Shown in pieces: positions 9,778 through 18,912 of a DNA stretch of 64,000 nt. This DNA is from Planctomycetota bacterium (GTDB lineage: Bacteria > Planctomycetota > UBA11346), in contig JANPLC010000111.1 of NCBI GenBank assembly GCA_031426335.1, forward strand, positions 2,384 through 66,383. The letters run 5' to 3'. How positions within the stretch are numbered: the first letter of the stretch is position 1; each line of letters opens with the position of its first letter. The notes beneath the pieces are model-generated. The model was not told the origin of the DNA, did no database searches, and was given only the letters and a program-made list of their open reading frames with translations. The position numbers and the translations under genes were made by a program.

Positions 9778-11193
9778 TCAGGGTCGGGACAAGGCAGCTG
9801 GAATTTGGATCTCCAGACTTCCACCCCCGTGCGTGAGCGGATCGCTCACCGCCGGCCGGCCGAACGCCACCGACCACGAACGGACCAGGGCCGCGTCGGC
9901 GAAATCTGGCACTGGTGTGCCCGGGTCGATCGACAGGCGGAAACGGTCGTCGGCCAAGCGCTCATAGCGTAGGGCCACCAAGTCGTCGACCGCCGCCAGG
10001 GAGTGCGGGCCAAAGCGCGCCAGCAGCTCGGCCTCGTCCGCTGGCAAGCCGAGACGCGGGGAGTCGGTCACCAGGCGAACCGCCAAGCGCTCGATGCGGT
10101 GGCTGGCAGTGGTTTTCACCGCGGTGCTGGCACACATGAGCAGGTTAGGAAGACTAATGCGGGCGATGACGAACTGCATCCGCTGGTCAAGGGTGGCTGA
10201 GATCGGGTCCAACCGCTCACGCCGCAGCCGAGCCGATGTATGCGCTTGGACCTCGGCGATGGTGGCACAATCCAGCATCCCGGTAGCCCACATCCAAGTT
10301 CCGCCAACGATTTGGAGGGGCGTCCAGGGATCGCCACTGATGCCGGCAGGATCGGACGAGAACGCAGCGGTGCTCCACGACATCGTCAGGCACGTTCGCG
10401 CCCACAGATCGTTGAACACCGCGCGTTCTGTCTCGAAAGCGGCAGCGATCCCGTCGTACGCGGCTGGCACTTCCGCCGCCCAAGCGACTCGCAAGTCATC
10501 CGGAAGACGGCCCTGGAGTGCGATCGTGCGATAAGCCTGATCGCGATGATCTTGGATGCTGATCAGGTTCATGCTGTCGATCAGCGACAGCGGTTGTCGG
10601 AAGCGTCGGACGAGACGATCCAGATCCAGCAATGCCGGGCGTGGGTCTATGGCAATCGCCGCTTCGTGAACCAGCCACTGGGCCAAAGTACGTGAAGCCA
10701 AAAAATCGTAGTTGGCACGTGAAAAGATGGCACTGGACTCCTCCATGGTGCGTTTTTCCGGAGGAGCCAATTCATGGATGAACCCAGCAAATCCGATGCG
10801 AAGCACGTCATTGATAAGTAAATCGCGCGCGGATTGCATGGTGCCGCGCAAATCTTCGATCGGCCGTCGCTGATCCGCTGGCAAGTCCTCATGGCCAGAG
10901 GCGAAACGGTTCCAGCTATTGTATGAGAATTTCGTATCGGGGTAGGTCGGAACGGCGTCGGCCCAGCGGCGCCACTGATCCTGAAGGTCTTTTCCCGGTG
11001 GAGTCAGTGTGGCCAGCAGGTCATCGATAGTGACGGGCTTGCCCGCCGCACGCAGATCCACGGTCATGTCGGCGTACCGTTGTTCACCGCTCAAGCGCAT
11101 GCCCAACGCCACGGCGACGATGATCAACAGCAGGACTACCACCATCAACAGCAGCCAATGCCACCAGCGCATATGAAAGCGTATGACGGACAT
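9778..11193 (-). CDS. membrane-anchored hypothetical protein (N-terminal TM, large soluble domain), partner of the upstream AAA+ ATPase
   Basis: ~471 aa. N-terminal TM WWHWLLLMVVVLLLIIVAVALG. The ATG at 11191-11193 shares one nucleotide with the TGA of the upstream ATPase gene (TGATG), indicating translational coupling. I recognise no family. Confidence 0.55.
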   Translation of the reverse strand: MSVIRFHMRWWHWLLLMVVVLLLIIVAVALGMRLSGEQRYADMTVDLRAAGKPVTIDDLLATLTPPGKDLQDQWRRWADAVPTYPDTKFSYNSWNRFASGHEDLPADQRRPIEDLRGTMQSARDLLINDVLRIGFAGFIHELAPPEKRTMEESSAIFSRANYDFLASRTLAQWLVHEAAIAIDPRPALLDLDRLVRRFRQPLSLIDSMNLISIQDHRDQAYRTIALQGRLPDDLRVAWAAEVPAAYDGIAAAFETERAVFNDLWARTCLTMSWSTAAFSSDPAGISGDPWTPLQIVGGTWMWATGMLDCATIAEVQAHTSARLRRERLDPISATLDQRMQFVIARISLPNLLMCASTAVKTTASHRIERLAVRLVTDSPRLGLPADEAELLARFGPHSLAAVDDLVALRYERLADDRFRLSIDPGTPVPDFADAALVRSWSVAFGRPAVSDPLTHGGGSLEIQIPAALSRP

Positions 11194-12689
11194 CACCCAC
11201 CCTCCGGATTATCGGCAAAGCGGCAGCGCTCACGCGCCCAGGCGCGCAGGGCGTTGATGCGTTCGCGCATCAGCAGGCTGATCGGGGCGCTGTCGTCCAA
11301 GGCTTGCAGGACGTCGTGCGTGGTCATCGGCCGCTTGTTCGCCGCGGCATGCAGGACGCTGGTGACGATGGCGGCCTCGATGTCGGCGCCGGTGCAGCCC
11401 TGCGATGCGCTGGCGAGGGCGTCGAGGTCAAAGCCCGTGATGTCGACCTTGCGCCGGACCAAGTGCAGGCGAGCGATCTCGCGGCGCACCGCCAACGTCG
11501 GCAGATCGACGAAAAATATTTCGTCGAAGCGGCCTTTGCGCAGCAGCTCGGGCGGCAGCGCTTCGATGTTGTTGGCGGTGGCGACCATGAACACTGGCGC
11601 GGCGCGTTCCTGCATCCACGTCAGCAAGCAGCCGAACATGCGCTGCGACAGACCGCCATCAGTCGATTGCGAGGCGGCCGAGGCGAAGGCCTTCTCGATC
11701 TCGTCGACCCACAACACCGCTGGCGCCATGGCCTCGGCTTGTTGCAGCGCCTCACGCAAACGTCGTTCGCTCTCACCGACGTACTGATTGTAAAGACTGC
11801 CGACATCCAGGCGCAACAACGGACGATTCCACGTGTGCGCGATGGTGCGGGCACACAGACTTTTGCCGGAGCCAGGCACGCCGAGCAGCAGGACGCCTCG
11901 CGGTGCATCAAGGCCGGCGCTGGGTGGCGCGTCGAAGGCGGCACGCCGGAGGACCAGCCACTGCTTGAGCTTTTCGGCCCCCGCGATGTCGGCCTGTCCC
12001 AGCGACACGACTTCGAGTAACGAACCACGACCAAGAAACTTGGCGCGCGCGGCACCGAGTCGTTCGACATCGGCCGCGTCAAAACGATCGTCGGCCATCG
12101 CATCGGCAACCAGTCGACGCACTTGGCTACGCGACAGGCCACGCATCGCCCGCACCGCCGCGCGGATGTAGTCTTGCGACAGATCGACGGTGATCGGCTT
12201 GTCCTTCTTCAGCTGTTCGATGGTGGCGCGCAGAATGCCGAAGATCTCTTGATCATCCGGCAGCGCGGGCACGAACGGAACCGCCTCGCGCATGATGATG
12301 TCCGGCAGGTGGAGGTGATGATCGAGCAGCACCACCGTATTGCCGAGCGTGGACGCCCGCGACACCAGTTCGCGCAGGGCGCGCAGCACCAGCTCGTTGC
12401 CCAGGTGCGGGCCAAGATCGAGCAGCAGGAACACCCGATTGGCGCCGGCCTGCCAGCACCAGCGCAGCCCCGCCGCCGGTTGTTCGGTGCCGCTTAGCGC
12501 GCCGTGGTCGGTGTCGAACACGCCTTCATAGATCCCCCGCACATGCGTCCAGGTGGTGACCTGTCGCGCGTTATCGAGCGCCGCACCGACGACCGCCTCG
12601 ACTGAACGATCTTCATCGCTGGTGCTGATGGTAATCAGCGGGTGACGGGCGCGTAAGAGCAGAGCGAAACGTTCGCGATCGGAGGGCAT
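11193..12689 (-). CDS. AAA+ ATPase (classic-clade AAA domain) with a ~250-aa N-terminal domain of unknown function
   Basis: Walker A GVPGSGKS, Walker B VLWVDEIEKA, second region of homology ATANNIEALPPELLRKGRFDEIFF. Preferred start is MPSDRERF (ATG at 12687-12689, minus strand). Confidence 0.8.
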   Translation of the reverse strand: MPSDRERFALLLRARHPLITISTSDEDRSVEAVVGAALDNARQVTTWTHVRGIYEGVFDTDHGALSGTEQPAAGLRWCWQAGANRVFLLLDLGPHLGNELVLRALRELVSRASTLGNTVVLLDHHLHLPDIIMREAVPFVPALPDDQEIFGILRATIEQLKKDKPITVDLSQDYIRAAVRAMRGLSRSQVRRLVADAMADDRFDAADVERLGAARAKFLGRGSLLEVVSLGQADIAGAEKLKQWLVLRRAAFDAPPSAGLDAPRGVLLLGVPGSGKSLCARTIAHTWNRPLLRLDVGSLYNQYVGESERRLREALQQAEAMAPAVLWVDEIEKAFASAASQSTDGGLSQRMFGCLLTWMQERAAPVFMVATANNIEALPPELLRKGRFDEIFFVDLPTLAVRREIARLHLVRRKVDITGFDLDALASASQGCTGADIEAAIVTSVLHAAANKRPMTTHDVLQALDDSAPISLLMRERINALRAWARERCRFADNPEGG

Positions 12690-12774
12690 GACCGACGATC
12701 CCAGATCGCTGGTGATGGGCAAGGTGCGGCCACAGCACTTGTCCGCTCCGCGTCGGTGTCGGCTGGGGTTCTCC

Positions 12775-12836
12775 GTGGCACGGGCGTCCCGCCCGTGGTC
12801 GAGGACGTGCAACCACGGGCGAGACGCCCGTGCCAC
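12775..12836. promoter_or_regulatory. 62-nt near-perfect hairpin / palindromic element in the divergent promoter region
   Basis: GTGGCACGGGCGTC (12775-12788) pairs with GACGCCCGTGCCAC (12823-12836). An inner stem CCCGTGGT (12792-12799) pairs with ACCACGGG (12812-12819). It lies between the ATPase start (12689, minus) and the nucleotidase-like gene start (12929, plus). Confidence 0.4.
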
Positions 12837-12928
12837 GCTGCATGCCAGCATCACCGGGCGATCGAACGTGGTACGCGGAACCACGTTCAGGAGCTTTGCA
12901 CGCCGTGCCGCGGCCAGAGGATGCCCCC

Positions 12929-13891
12929 ATGCCCGCCCCGCACCTGACCATCGCCGTCGCATCTAGCGCGGTCTTCGACCTGGGTGCCGCCGACGCGATC
13001 TTCCGCTCCGAGGGCCGCGAGGCCTACCGCGCCTACCAACGCGAACACGAAGCCGACATCCTCGCCCCAGGCGTGGCCTTCCCTTTCGTCCGTCGACTGC
13101 TGACAGTCAATCGCTCCGACCCGCGCAATCCGCTGGTCGAGGTGGTGCTGATCTCGCGCAACGATCCCGACACCGGCGTGCGCGTGCGCAATTCGCTCGA
13201 CCACCATGGCCTCGGCATCAGCCGCACGGTGTTCACCGGCGGTCGTGCGCCGTGGCCGTACATCGACTCGTTCGAGGCCAGCCTGTTTCTTTCCGGCAAC
13301 CGTGAGGACGTCGCCGAAGCGATCTCCCTCGGACTGCCCGCCGGCATGGTCATGCCCGGCTTGGTCGCCGATGACGGTGATGAGGAACTCCGCCTCGGCT
13401 TCGACTTCGACGGCGTGCTGGCGGACGATGCCGGCGAACGTTTCTACAAGGAACAGGGCCTCGCGCGTTTCCACGCCAACGAACGCGCCAACGCCGGCTC
13501 ACCGCTCTCGCCCGGTCCGCTGCAACGCCTGCTGACGCAAGTCGCCGCGGTGCAGGCCGCCGAACGTGCACGCCAAGCGAAGGACGCCGCCCACAAACCG
13601 CTGATCCGCACCGCCATCATCACTGCCCGCAGCGCCCCGGCTGATCGCCGTGTGATCGCCTCGCTGCGCGAATGGGGCGTCACCGTCGACGAAGCGTTCT
13701 TCATTGGCGACTTGCCGAAAAACAAAGTGCTGAGCGCCTTCCGGCCGCACCTGTTCTTCGATGACAAGCCGGAAAACGCTCGTCTGGCGTCCGAGACCGC
13801 GCCGTCGGTGCATGTGCCGTTTGGGGTGACGAATGATCGGATGGGTCCGGAGGTCCGGAGGTCCGGAAGTCCGGAAGTCGGGCAATCCTGA
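12929..13891 (+). CDS. HAD-superfamily hydrolase, 5'-nucleotidase-like (PF06189-like)
   Basis: DxD motif FDFDGVLADD and C-terminal FFDDKPEN. Preferred start is MPAPHLTIAV at 12929. The 3' end runs into a tandem octamer repeat. Confidence 0.55.
   Translation: MPAPHLTIAVASSAVFDLGAADAIFRSEGREAYRAYQREHEADILAPGVAFPFVRRLLTVNRSDPRNPLVEVVLISRNDPDTGVRVRNSLDHHGLGISRTVFTGGRAPWPYIDSFEASLFLSGNREDVAEAISLGLPAGMVMPGLVADDGDEELRLGFDFDGVLADDAGERFYKEQGLARFHANERANAGSPLSPGPLQRLLTQVAAVQAAERARQAKDAAHKPLIRTAIITARSAPADRRVIASLREWGVTVDEAFFIGDLPKNKVLSAFRPHLFFDDKPENARLASETAPSVHVPFGVTNDRMGPEVRRSGSPEVGQS
13845..13886. repeat. tandem 8-mer repeat (GGTCCGGA/AGTCCGGA x5)
   Basis: ggtccggaggtccggaggtccggaagtccggaagtcgggc. It is followed at 13900-13928 by three copies of cttggacgc-like units. 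A related motif cccggaggtccggagccgga occurs at 18874-18893. Confidence 0.5.
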
Positions 13892-14001
13892 GTCAGCGGT
13901 TGGACGCACTTGGACGCGCTTGGACCGCTGTCAGGGAAAGGCAGGCGTTTGTCAGAAATAGGTGGGGGATCCCGCGTAGATAGGTCACCAGAGAACCACC
14001 T

Positions 14002-16110
14002 ATGCCGGCATTCACTCGTTGGTCTCTTACTCCCTTCGCTTTCTGGCGGCGTCTTCGCGCCTCTGCTTGCCCGTCGGCCCTTTTTCTTCTGGCGCTGGCG
14101 ATCACTCCGGTGGCCGCCCAAACCGCTCAGGATTCGGCGTGGCAACCGGAGGCCGAGGCCCGGCTCAAGGCGATCTACGAACGCGGGGAGTTTCGCTCCC
14201 CGAAATTCCAGGCGCGATGGCTACCCGATAGTTCGGGATACACGGTCGAAGAACGTGAGCCAGGGAAAGACCAACCGATCAGGGTCACGTATCAGGTTCG
14301 CACCGGCGAACGTGTCGCAGGTAAACCTGACGAGCAACAACCAGCTGCTCGTGAGTCGCTGCGTTCGCCGGATGGCTCACGCGTGCTGGAATTTCACGAG
14401 CGCAATCTCTTCGTGCGCGATGCCGCGAGCGGGCAGCGTGTGCAACTGACGACGCGCGCGGCTGAACGAGACATTTCGTATCATGATCCGGTGTGGAGTC
14501 CCGATGGACGGCGCGTCGTCTTCACTGAATCCGATGCCACGAACGTGCGGCAACGGCCGGTGCTTGATGACAGTGATCCGTCGTATCCCAAGGTTCAGCG
14601 TCATCGCTTTGCGCGCGTCGGCGAGGTCATCGATGCCCTACGCGTGGGCGTCGTTGATGCCGATGGCAAGAACCTCACGTGGTTGCCGTTGCCGTCACCG
14701 GAAGAAGGTTTTTATCTCGGTGATGTCGCGTGGGCAGGAAACTCGGAGGAAGTGCTGATCGAACAACTCAGCCGCTTCCGCAACCGTCGCGATTTCTTCC
14801 TGGTCAAGACCGCTGACGAACCGAAACGGATCTTCCACGAAGAGAACGCTGCGTGGACGGATGCGAGCCAAGGGAAGAACGCTGGCCTAGTCTGGATACG
14901 CGGCGGGCAGGCCTTTGTGGTGGTGAACGAAACGGATGGCTGGCGCCATGCGCATGTCTGGTCGCGCGAGGGCAAGCCGATGGCGGTGCTCACCCCAGGC
15001 GCGTACGATCTGATTGATCGGGCAGTGATCGATGAGGCTGGCGGCTGGTACTACTTCTACGCTTCGCCGGAAAACGCCACGCAGAAGAACCTGTACCGGG
15101 TACCCCTCAATGGATCCGGCACGCTAGAACGGATTACGCCTGCTGACCAACCCGGCACGCACCACTACGATTTTTCACCGGATGCCAAGTGGGCCATTCA
15201 TACGTACTCCACGCTGGACTCGCCGCCGCTGGTGGAATTGGTCGAGCTCCCTGGGCATCGAGTTGTTCGCGTGCTGCAGGACAACCGCAAGCTCCGCGAG
15301 AAGATGAAGGGCGTCATTGCGCATCCAGCGGAATTTTTGCAGCTCACTATTGCCGGCGGAATTTCAATGGACGCTTGGATGCTCAAGCCGAAGGACTTCG
15401 ATCCGGCGAAAAAATACCCGGTATTCATTTACGTTTACGGTGAACCCCATTCGCAGACGGTACTGAACGAGTGGGGAGCGGCCCAGGTCGACTTCCATCG
15501 GGTGATTGCCGATCTGGGCTATCTGGTGGTGTCGATCGACAACCGTGGCACGCCCGCGCCGAAAGGTGCCGCGTGGCGCCGAGCGAACTTCGGCAGCCTG
15601 GGACCGCTCTCGACCGAGGAACAAGAAGCGGGCCTCAAGGAATTGGGTCGGATGCGTCCCTACGTGGACCTGTCTCGTGTCGGCATCTGGGGCTGGAGCG
15701 GTGGTGGCTCCAACACGCTCAACGCGCTGTTCCGTAAGCCTGACTCCTATCACGTGGGCATTGCCGTGGTGCCCAAGCCACAGCCGCACTTGTACAACGC
15801 CTGGTTCCAGGAAATTTTCATGCGCACGCGGGAAGTGAATCCCGACGGCTACCAACGCGCCGCCGCGATCAACTACGCCGACGGCCTGAAGGGGAAGCTG
15901 CTGATCATCACGGGATCGGGCGAAACGAATACGCACATCCAGATCATCGAAGGACTGGTCGACCGGCTGGTCGAACTCGGTAAGCCGTTTGATTACATGG
16001 TCTATCCCAACCGCGACCATGGCTTACGCGAAGGCAAGGGCACCGCGGTCCACGTCCGCATGCTGATTGCCCGCTACCTCATGGAACATCTTCCCGCTGG
16101 GGCGCGCTAG
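14002..16110 (+). CDS. S9-family serine peptidase (dipeptidyl-peptidase IV-like N-terminal beta-propeller + prolyl oligopeptidase catalytic domain)
   Basis: Signal peptide. DPP-IV-like propeller motifs (VWSPDGRRVVF). Catalytic nucleophile motif GWSGGG, and C-terminal Asp/His region (MVYPNRDHGL). Confidence 0.85.
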   Translation: MPAFTRWSLTPFAFWRRLRASACPSALFLLALAITPVAAQTAQDSAWQPEAEARLKAIYERGEFRSPKFQARWLPDSSGYTVEEREPGKDQPIRVTYQVRTGERVAGKPDEQQPAARESLRSPDGSRVLEFHERNLFVRDAASGQRVQLTTRAAERDISYHDPVWSPDGRRVVFTESDATNVRQRPVLDDSDPSYPKVQRHRFARVGEVIDALRVGVVDADGKNLTWLPLPSPEEGFYLGDVAWAGNSEEVLIEQLSRFRNRRDFFLVKTADEPKRIFHEENAAWTDASQGKNAGLVWIRGGQAFVVVNETDGWRHAHVWSREGKPMAVLTPGAYDLIDRAVIDEAGGWYYFYASPENATQKNLYRVPLNGSGTLERITPADQPGTHHYDFSPDAKWAIHTYSTLDSPPLVELVELPGHRVVRVLQDNRKLREKMKGVIAHPAEFLQLTIAGGISMDAWMLKPKDFDPAKKYPVFIYVYGEPHSQTVLNEWGAAQVDFHRVIADLGYLVVSIDNRGTPAPKGAAWRRANFGSLGPLSTEEQEAGLKELGRMRPYVDLSRVGIWGWSGGGSNTLNALFRKPDSYHVGIAVVPKPQPHLYNAWFQEIFMRTREVNPDGYQRAAAINYADGLKGKLLIITGSGETNTHIQIIEGLVDRLVELGKPFDYMVYPNRDHGLREGKGTAVHVRMLIARYLMEHLPAGAR

Positions 16111-16228
16111 CTTGCGAGGAGGCCAACGTCGAGGGCTGCTGCCGGTATCTTGAGCACCAGCAACGCAGGCCCCCTAGCCAGGTCGCATTGACGCATACAA
16201 CGCTTTTACTCCAGCAAGGAAAAACATC

Positions 16229-17374
16229 GTGGCGATGAAATCATTATCAGCACTTGGATCGACGGTGCGTTGCCGAGCCAACGTCTTCGCCGTGCTGGCC
16301 TTTTCGGTCAGTGCGTTGGTAAGCACAGTGGCTGCGGAAGAACAAGAAATCACCATTGGTACGTTGCACGGAAAGATGAAATACGACGTCGATTCATTTC
16401 AGGTGAAGCCCGGAGTCACGGTCCGCCTGACGCTGAAAAACGGCGACGAGATGCAGCACAATTTGCTGATCCTCACGCCCGGTGAAGGCAAGCCACTGGA
16501 GATTGCACAGAAAGCCTGGGCGCTGGGAGCGGACGCGGTGAAGAAGGCCTTTGTCCCGGATGGCCCGGACGTGCTCTTCCACACCCGGGTAGTCGATCCG
16601 CAGCAGTCGGACACCATCACCTTCGTCGCGCCTGACAAAGAGGCTGATTATCCGTACGTCTGTACCTTGCCTGGGCACGCCTTCTCCATGAAGGGAGTGA
16701 TGCGTGTCAGTAAGGTTTCCGCGCCGCCCGTGAAGGCGGTCGCAGAGAAAGGCGACGGCAAAGCAAAAATTCATCTGCATGTCATGGATGAGCCGTTGGT
16801 AATCCGCGCTTTTGTCGACGGAGGTCCGGCGCGGTCCATTTCGGTCGGCCTGCCGGTTGGGATCAATTATCTTTTTGATGCCGAGACTTGTTACGTGCGC
16901 TTTGGCTGGACCGGAATGTTTCTCGACGTTGGCCCCAATCTTGGCGTGGGTGCCGGCGACCGTGGCGGTTCGTGGTGCAAGATTCTTGGTGATAAATTTG
17001 AACTGGGAGACTCAGGCTTCCCGCTCAGCCTGGGCGCGCGCGATGTGAAACACGTGGTGAAGTTCGCCGGTTACCGCGTGCGGGGGAAAGACGTGCCGCA
17101 GTTCTTTTTCACCGTCGACGGTCTGGCCGTGACGCAAACCATCCAGGCAGCGACGGATGGCGTGGGCATCCAGTCCGAATTCGAGTTCGAGCGCGACCCA
17201 GGGAAGGTGTTCTTTTACGTTTCGCCGCATGGCTTGGAGCTGTCGTCCTCGGCGGGCACCTGGCACTCAGGACGGCTGGAAGTCCCAGCAGGCGCCGCCA
17301 AAAAGTTTAGTGTTACGATCATCCGGCAACCCAAAGAAGGCCGGAAACCGAAATCCGCGACGGTGACCCCATGA
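16229..17374 (+). CDS. secreted cupredoxin (azurin/plastocyanin-like) domain protein with a C-terminal extension
   Basis: Signal peptide. Type-1 copper-site-like motif YPYVCTLPGHAFSMKGVMRV with an upstream His (EMQHNLLIL). Confidence 0.7.
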   Translation: MAMKSLSALGSTVRCRANVFAVLAFSVSALVSTVAAEEQEITIGTLHGKMKYDVDSFQVKPGVTVRLTLKNGDEMQHNLLILTPGEGKPLEIAQKAWALGADAVKKAFVPDGPDVLFHTRVVDPQQSDTITFVAPDKEADYPYVCTLPGHAFSMKGVMRVSKVSAPPVKAVAEKGDGKAKIHLHVMDEPLVIRAFVDGGPARSISVGLPVGINYLFDAETCYVRFGWTGMFLDVGPNLGVGAGDRGGSWCKILGDKFELGDSGFPLSLGARDVKHVVKFAGYRVRGKDVPQFFFTVDGLAVTQTIQAATDGVGIQSEFEFERDPGKVFFYVSPHGLELSSSAGTWHSGRLEVPAGAAKKFSVTIIRQPKEGRKPKSATVTP

Positions 17375-18858
17375 AACCCTCCCTCTGCTTGCTCGCCATC
17401 TCGCTTGGTCTGACCGCCGTCGCGAACGCCGCACAACCCACCCCGAAGCCCGCTAGTTTGCCCGCCGGCTACGTGCTCGACACCATTGAAATTCCTGCGC
17501 ATATCACCCTCGGCGTGGGCGGACTCGCGTTCACGCCCAAGGGCGACCTGCTGATCTGCACCCGCGAGGGCGACGTGTGGCGGCATCGCGCTGGCGACTG
17601 GTCGCGTTTCGCCCAGGGACTGCACGAGCCACTCGGACTCTCAGTCGATCCGAAGAATGGCGACGTCTGGGTGATGCAGCGACCGGAGTTGACCAAACTC
17701 ATCGACGAAGACAGCGACGGAAAAGTTGATGTCTATCGGACCGTCAACGCGGATTGGGGACTCAGCGACAACTACCACGAATATGCCTTCGGGCCGGTTC
17801 GCGATGCGCAGGGGAACTTTTACGGCACCTTGAACACTTCTTTGAGCTGGCAGGGCTGGGCTCGGAGCGATCGCTGGGACATTGGTCGCGTGCATGACAG
17901 CAAGATGGGCCGCGCGGCACCGTACCGCGGCTGGTGTTTTCAGATAACGCCGGCGGGGAAGTTTGTTCCGTTTGCATCCGGACTGCGTTCACCTGCCGGC
18001 ATCGGGATCAATAAAAGCGGCGAGCTCTTTTACACCGATAATCAAGGCGACTGGAACTGCACGTCCAGTTTGCATCACGTGGTCAAGGGTCGCTTCTACG
18101 GGCATCCGTCCTCACTCATGGATCATCCAGACTTCGCGGGTAAAAACCTCAATCGCATCAGCGAAGCAGAGTTCGACCAACTGCGGCAGCGCCCAGCGCT
18201 CTACCTTCCGCATGGCGAACTCTCGAATTCCCCAGGCGAACCCACCTTCAACGAAACGGGAGGTAAGTTCGGGCCATTCGACAATCACGTATTCATTGGC
18301 GATCAAACCAAATCCAACGTCATGCGCGCCGTGCTGGAACGGGTCGGCGGAGAATACCAGGGCGTGGTCTTTGATTTTGCCGATCCGCTGCAATGCGGCG
18401 TGATTCGCAACTGTTTCGCCAGCGATGGCAGCCTGTGGATCGGTCAAACCGGACGCGGCTGGCGCTCCGTAGGAGAGAAGATCTTCGGCCTGCAGCGCAT
18501 CCGCTGGGACGGCAAGACCATCCCGATGGAGATGCATGCGGTCAGCTTAACCAAGACCGGCTTTCGCATCCAGTTCACCAAGACCGTCAATCGTGAAGCC
18601 GCTGGCAATCCGATGAATTATGCCATCAAGCACTGGGGCTATATTTATCAGGCCGAATACGGTTCGCCCAAAGTGGGATTGACCGACGTCATCCCCACCG
18701 CAGTGAAGCTCTCGGCTGATAATCTGTCCGTCGAGTTGGAGCTGCCATTGGTAAAAGAGCGGGTCTATCAACTGACGCTTCGCACCATCACGGGTGAAGA
18801 CGGCACCCCGATGACGAATGCAACGGGTTACTATACGCTCAATCGGCTGCGTGAATGA
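17371..18858 (+). CDS. secreted PQQ-dependent sugar dehydrogenase-like beta-propeller protein
   Basis: Signal peptide MKPSLCLLAISLGLTAVANA. Its start overlaps the stop of the cupredoxin gene (ATGA at 17371-17374). Propeller-like repeats GDLLICTREGDVWRH, GDVWVMQR, GELFYTDNQGDW; this gene pairing with a cupredoxin is common. Confidence 0.55.
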   Translation: MKPSLCLLAISLGLTAVANAAQPTPKPASLPAGYVLDTIEIPAHITLGVGGLAFTPKGDLLICTREGDVWRHRAGDWSRFAQGLHEPLGLSVDPKNGDVWVMQRPELTKLIDEDSDGKVDVYRTVNADWGLSDNYHEYAFGPVRDAQGNFYGTLNTSLSWQGWARSDRWDIGRVHDSKMGRAAPYRGWCFQITPAGKFVPFASGLRSPAGIGINKSGELFYTDNQGDWNCTSSLHHVVKGRFYGHPSSLMDHPDFAGKNLNRISEAEFDQLRQRPALYLPHGELSNSPGEPTFNETGGKFGPFDNHVFIGDQTKSNVMRAVLERVGGEYQGVVFDFADPLQCGVIRNCFASDGSLWIGQTGRGWRSVGEKIFGLQRIRWDGKTIPMEMHAVSLTKTGFRIQFTKTVNREAAGNPMNYAIKHWGYIYQAEYGSPKVGLTDVIPTAVKLSADNLSVELELPLVKERVYQLTLRTITGEDGTPMTNATGYYTLNRLRE

Positions 18859-18912
18859 CCGGCGTGCGCGTGCGGAAGCCCGGAGGTCCGGAGCCGGAAT
18901 CCAACGTCGCGC

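Noticed and set aside
11304-12171. Antisense ORFs within the AAA ATPase gene
   Set aside because: Walker A/B motifs define the coding strand. The antisense frames are Arg-rich artefacts.
12688-12966. Small ORFs 12688..12966 (+), 12613..12951 (-) and 12756..12947 (+) in the divergent promoter
   Set aside because: Their mutual similarity is produced by the 62-nt palindrome. The region is better explained as non-coding regulatory DNA, and the preferred gene starts are 12689 and 12929.
16111-16228. Possible sigma-70 promoter (TTGACG ... ) upstream of the cupredoxin gene
   Set aside because: A -35-like TTGACG is present (about 16179-16184) but no convincingly spaced -10 hexamer follows, so it is not reported as a feature.
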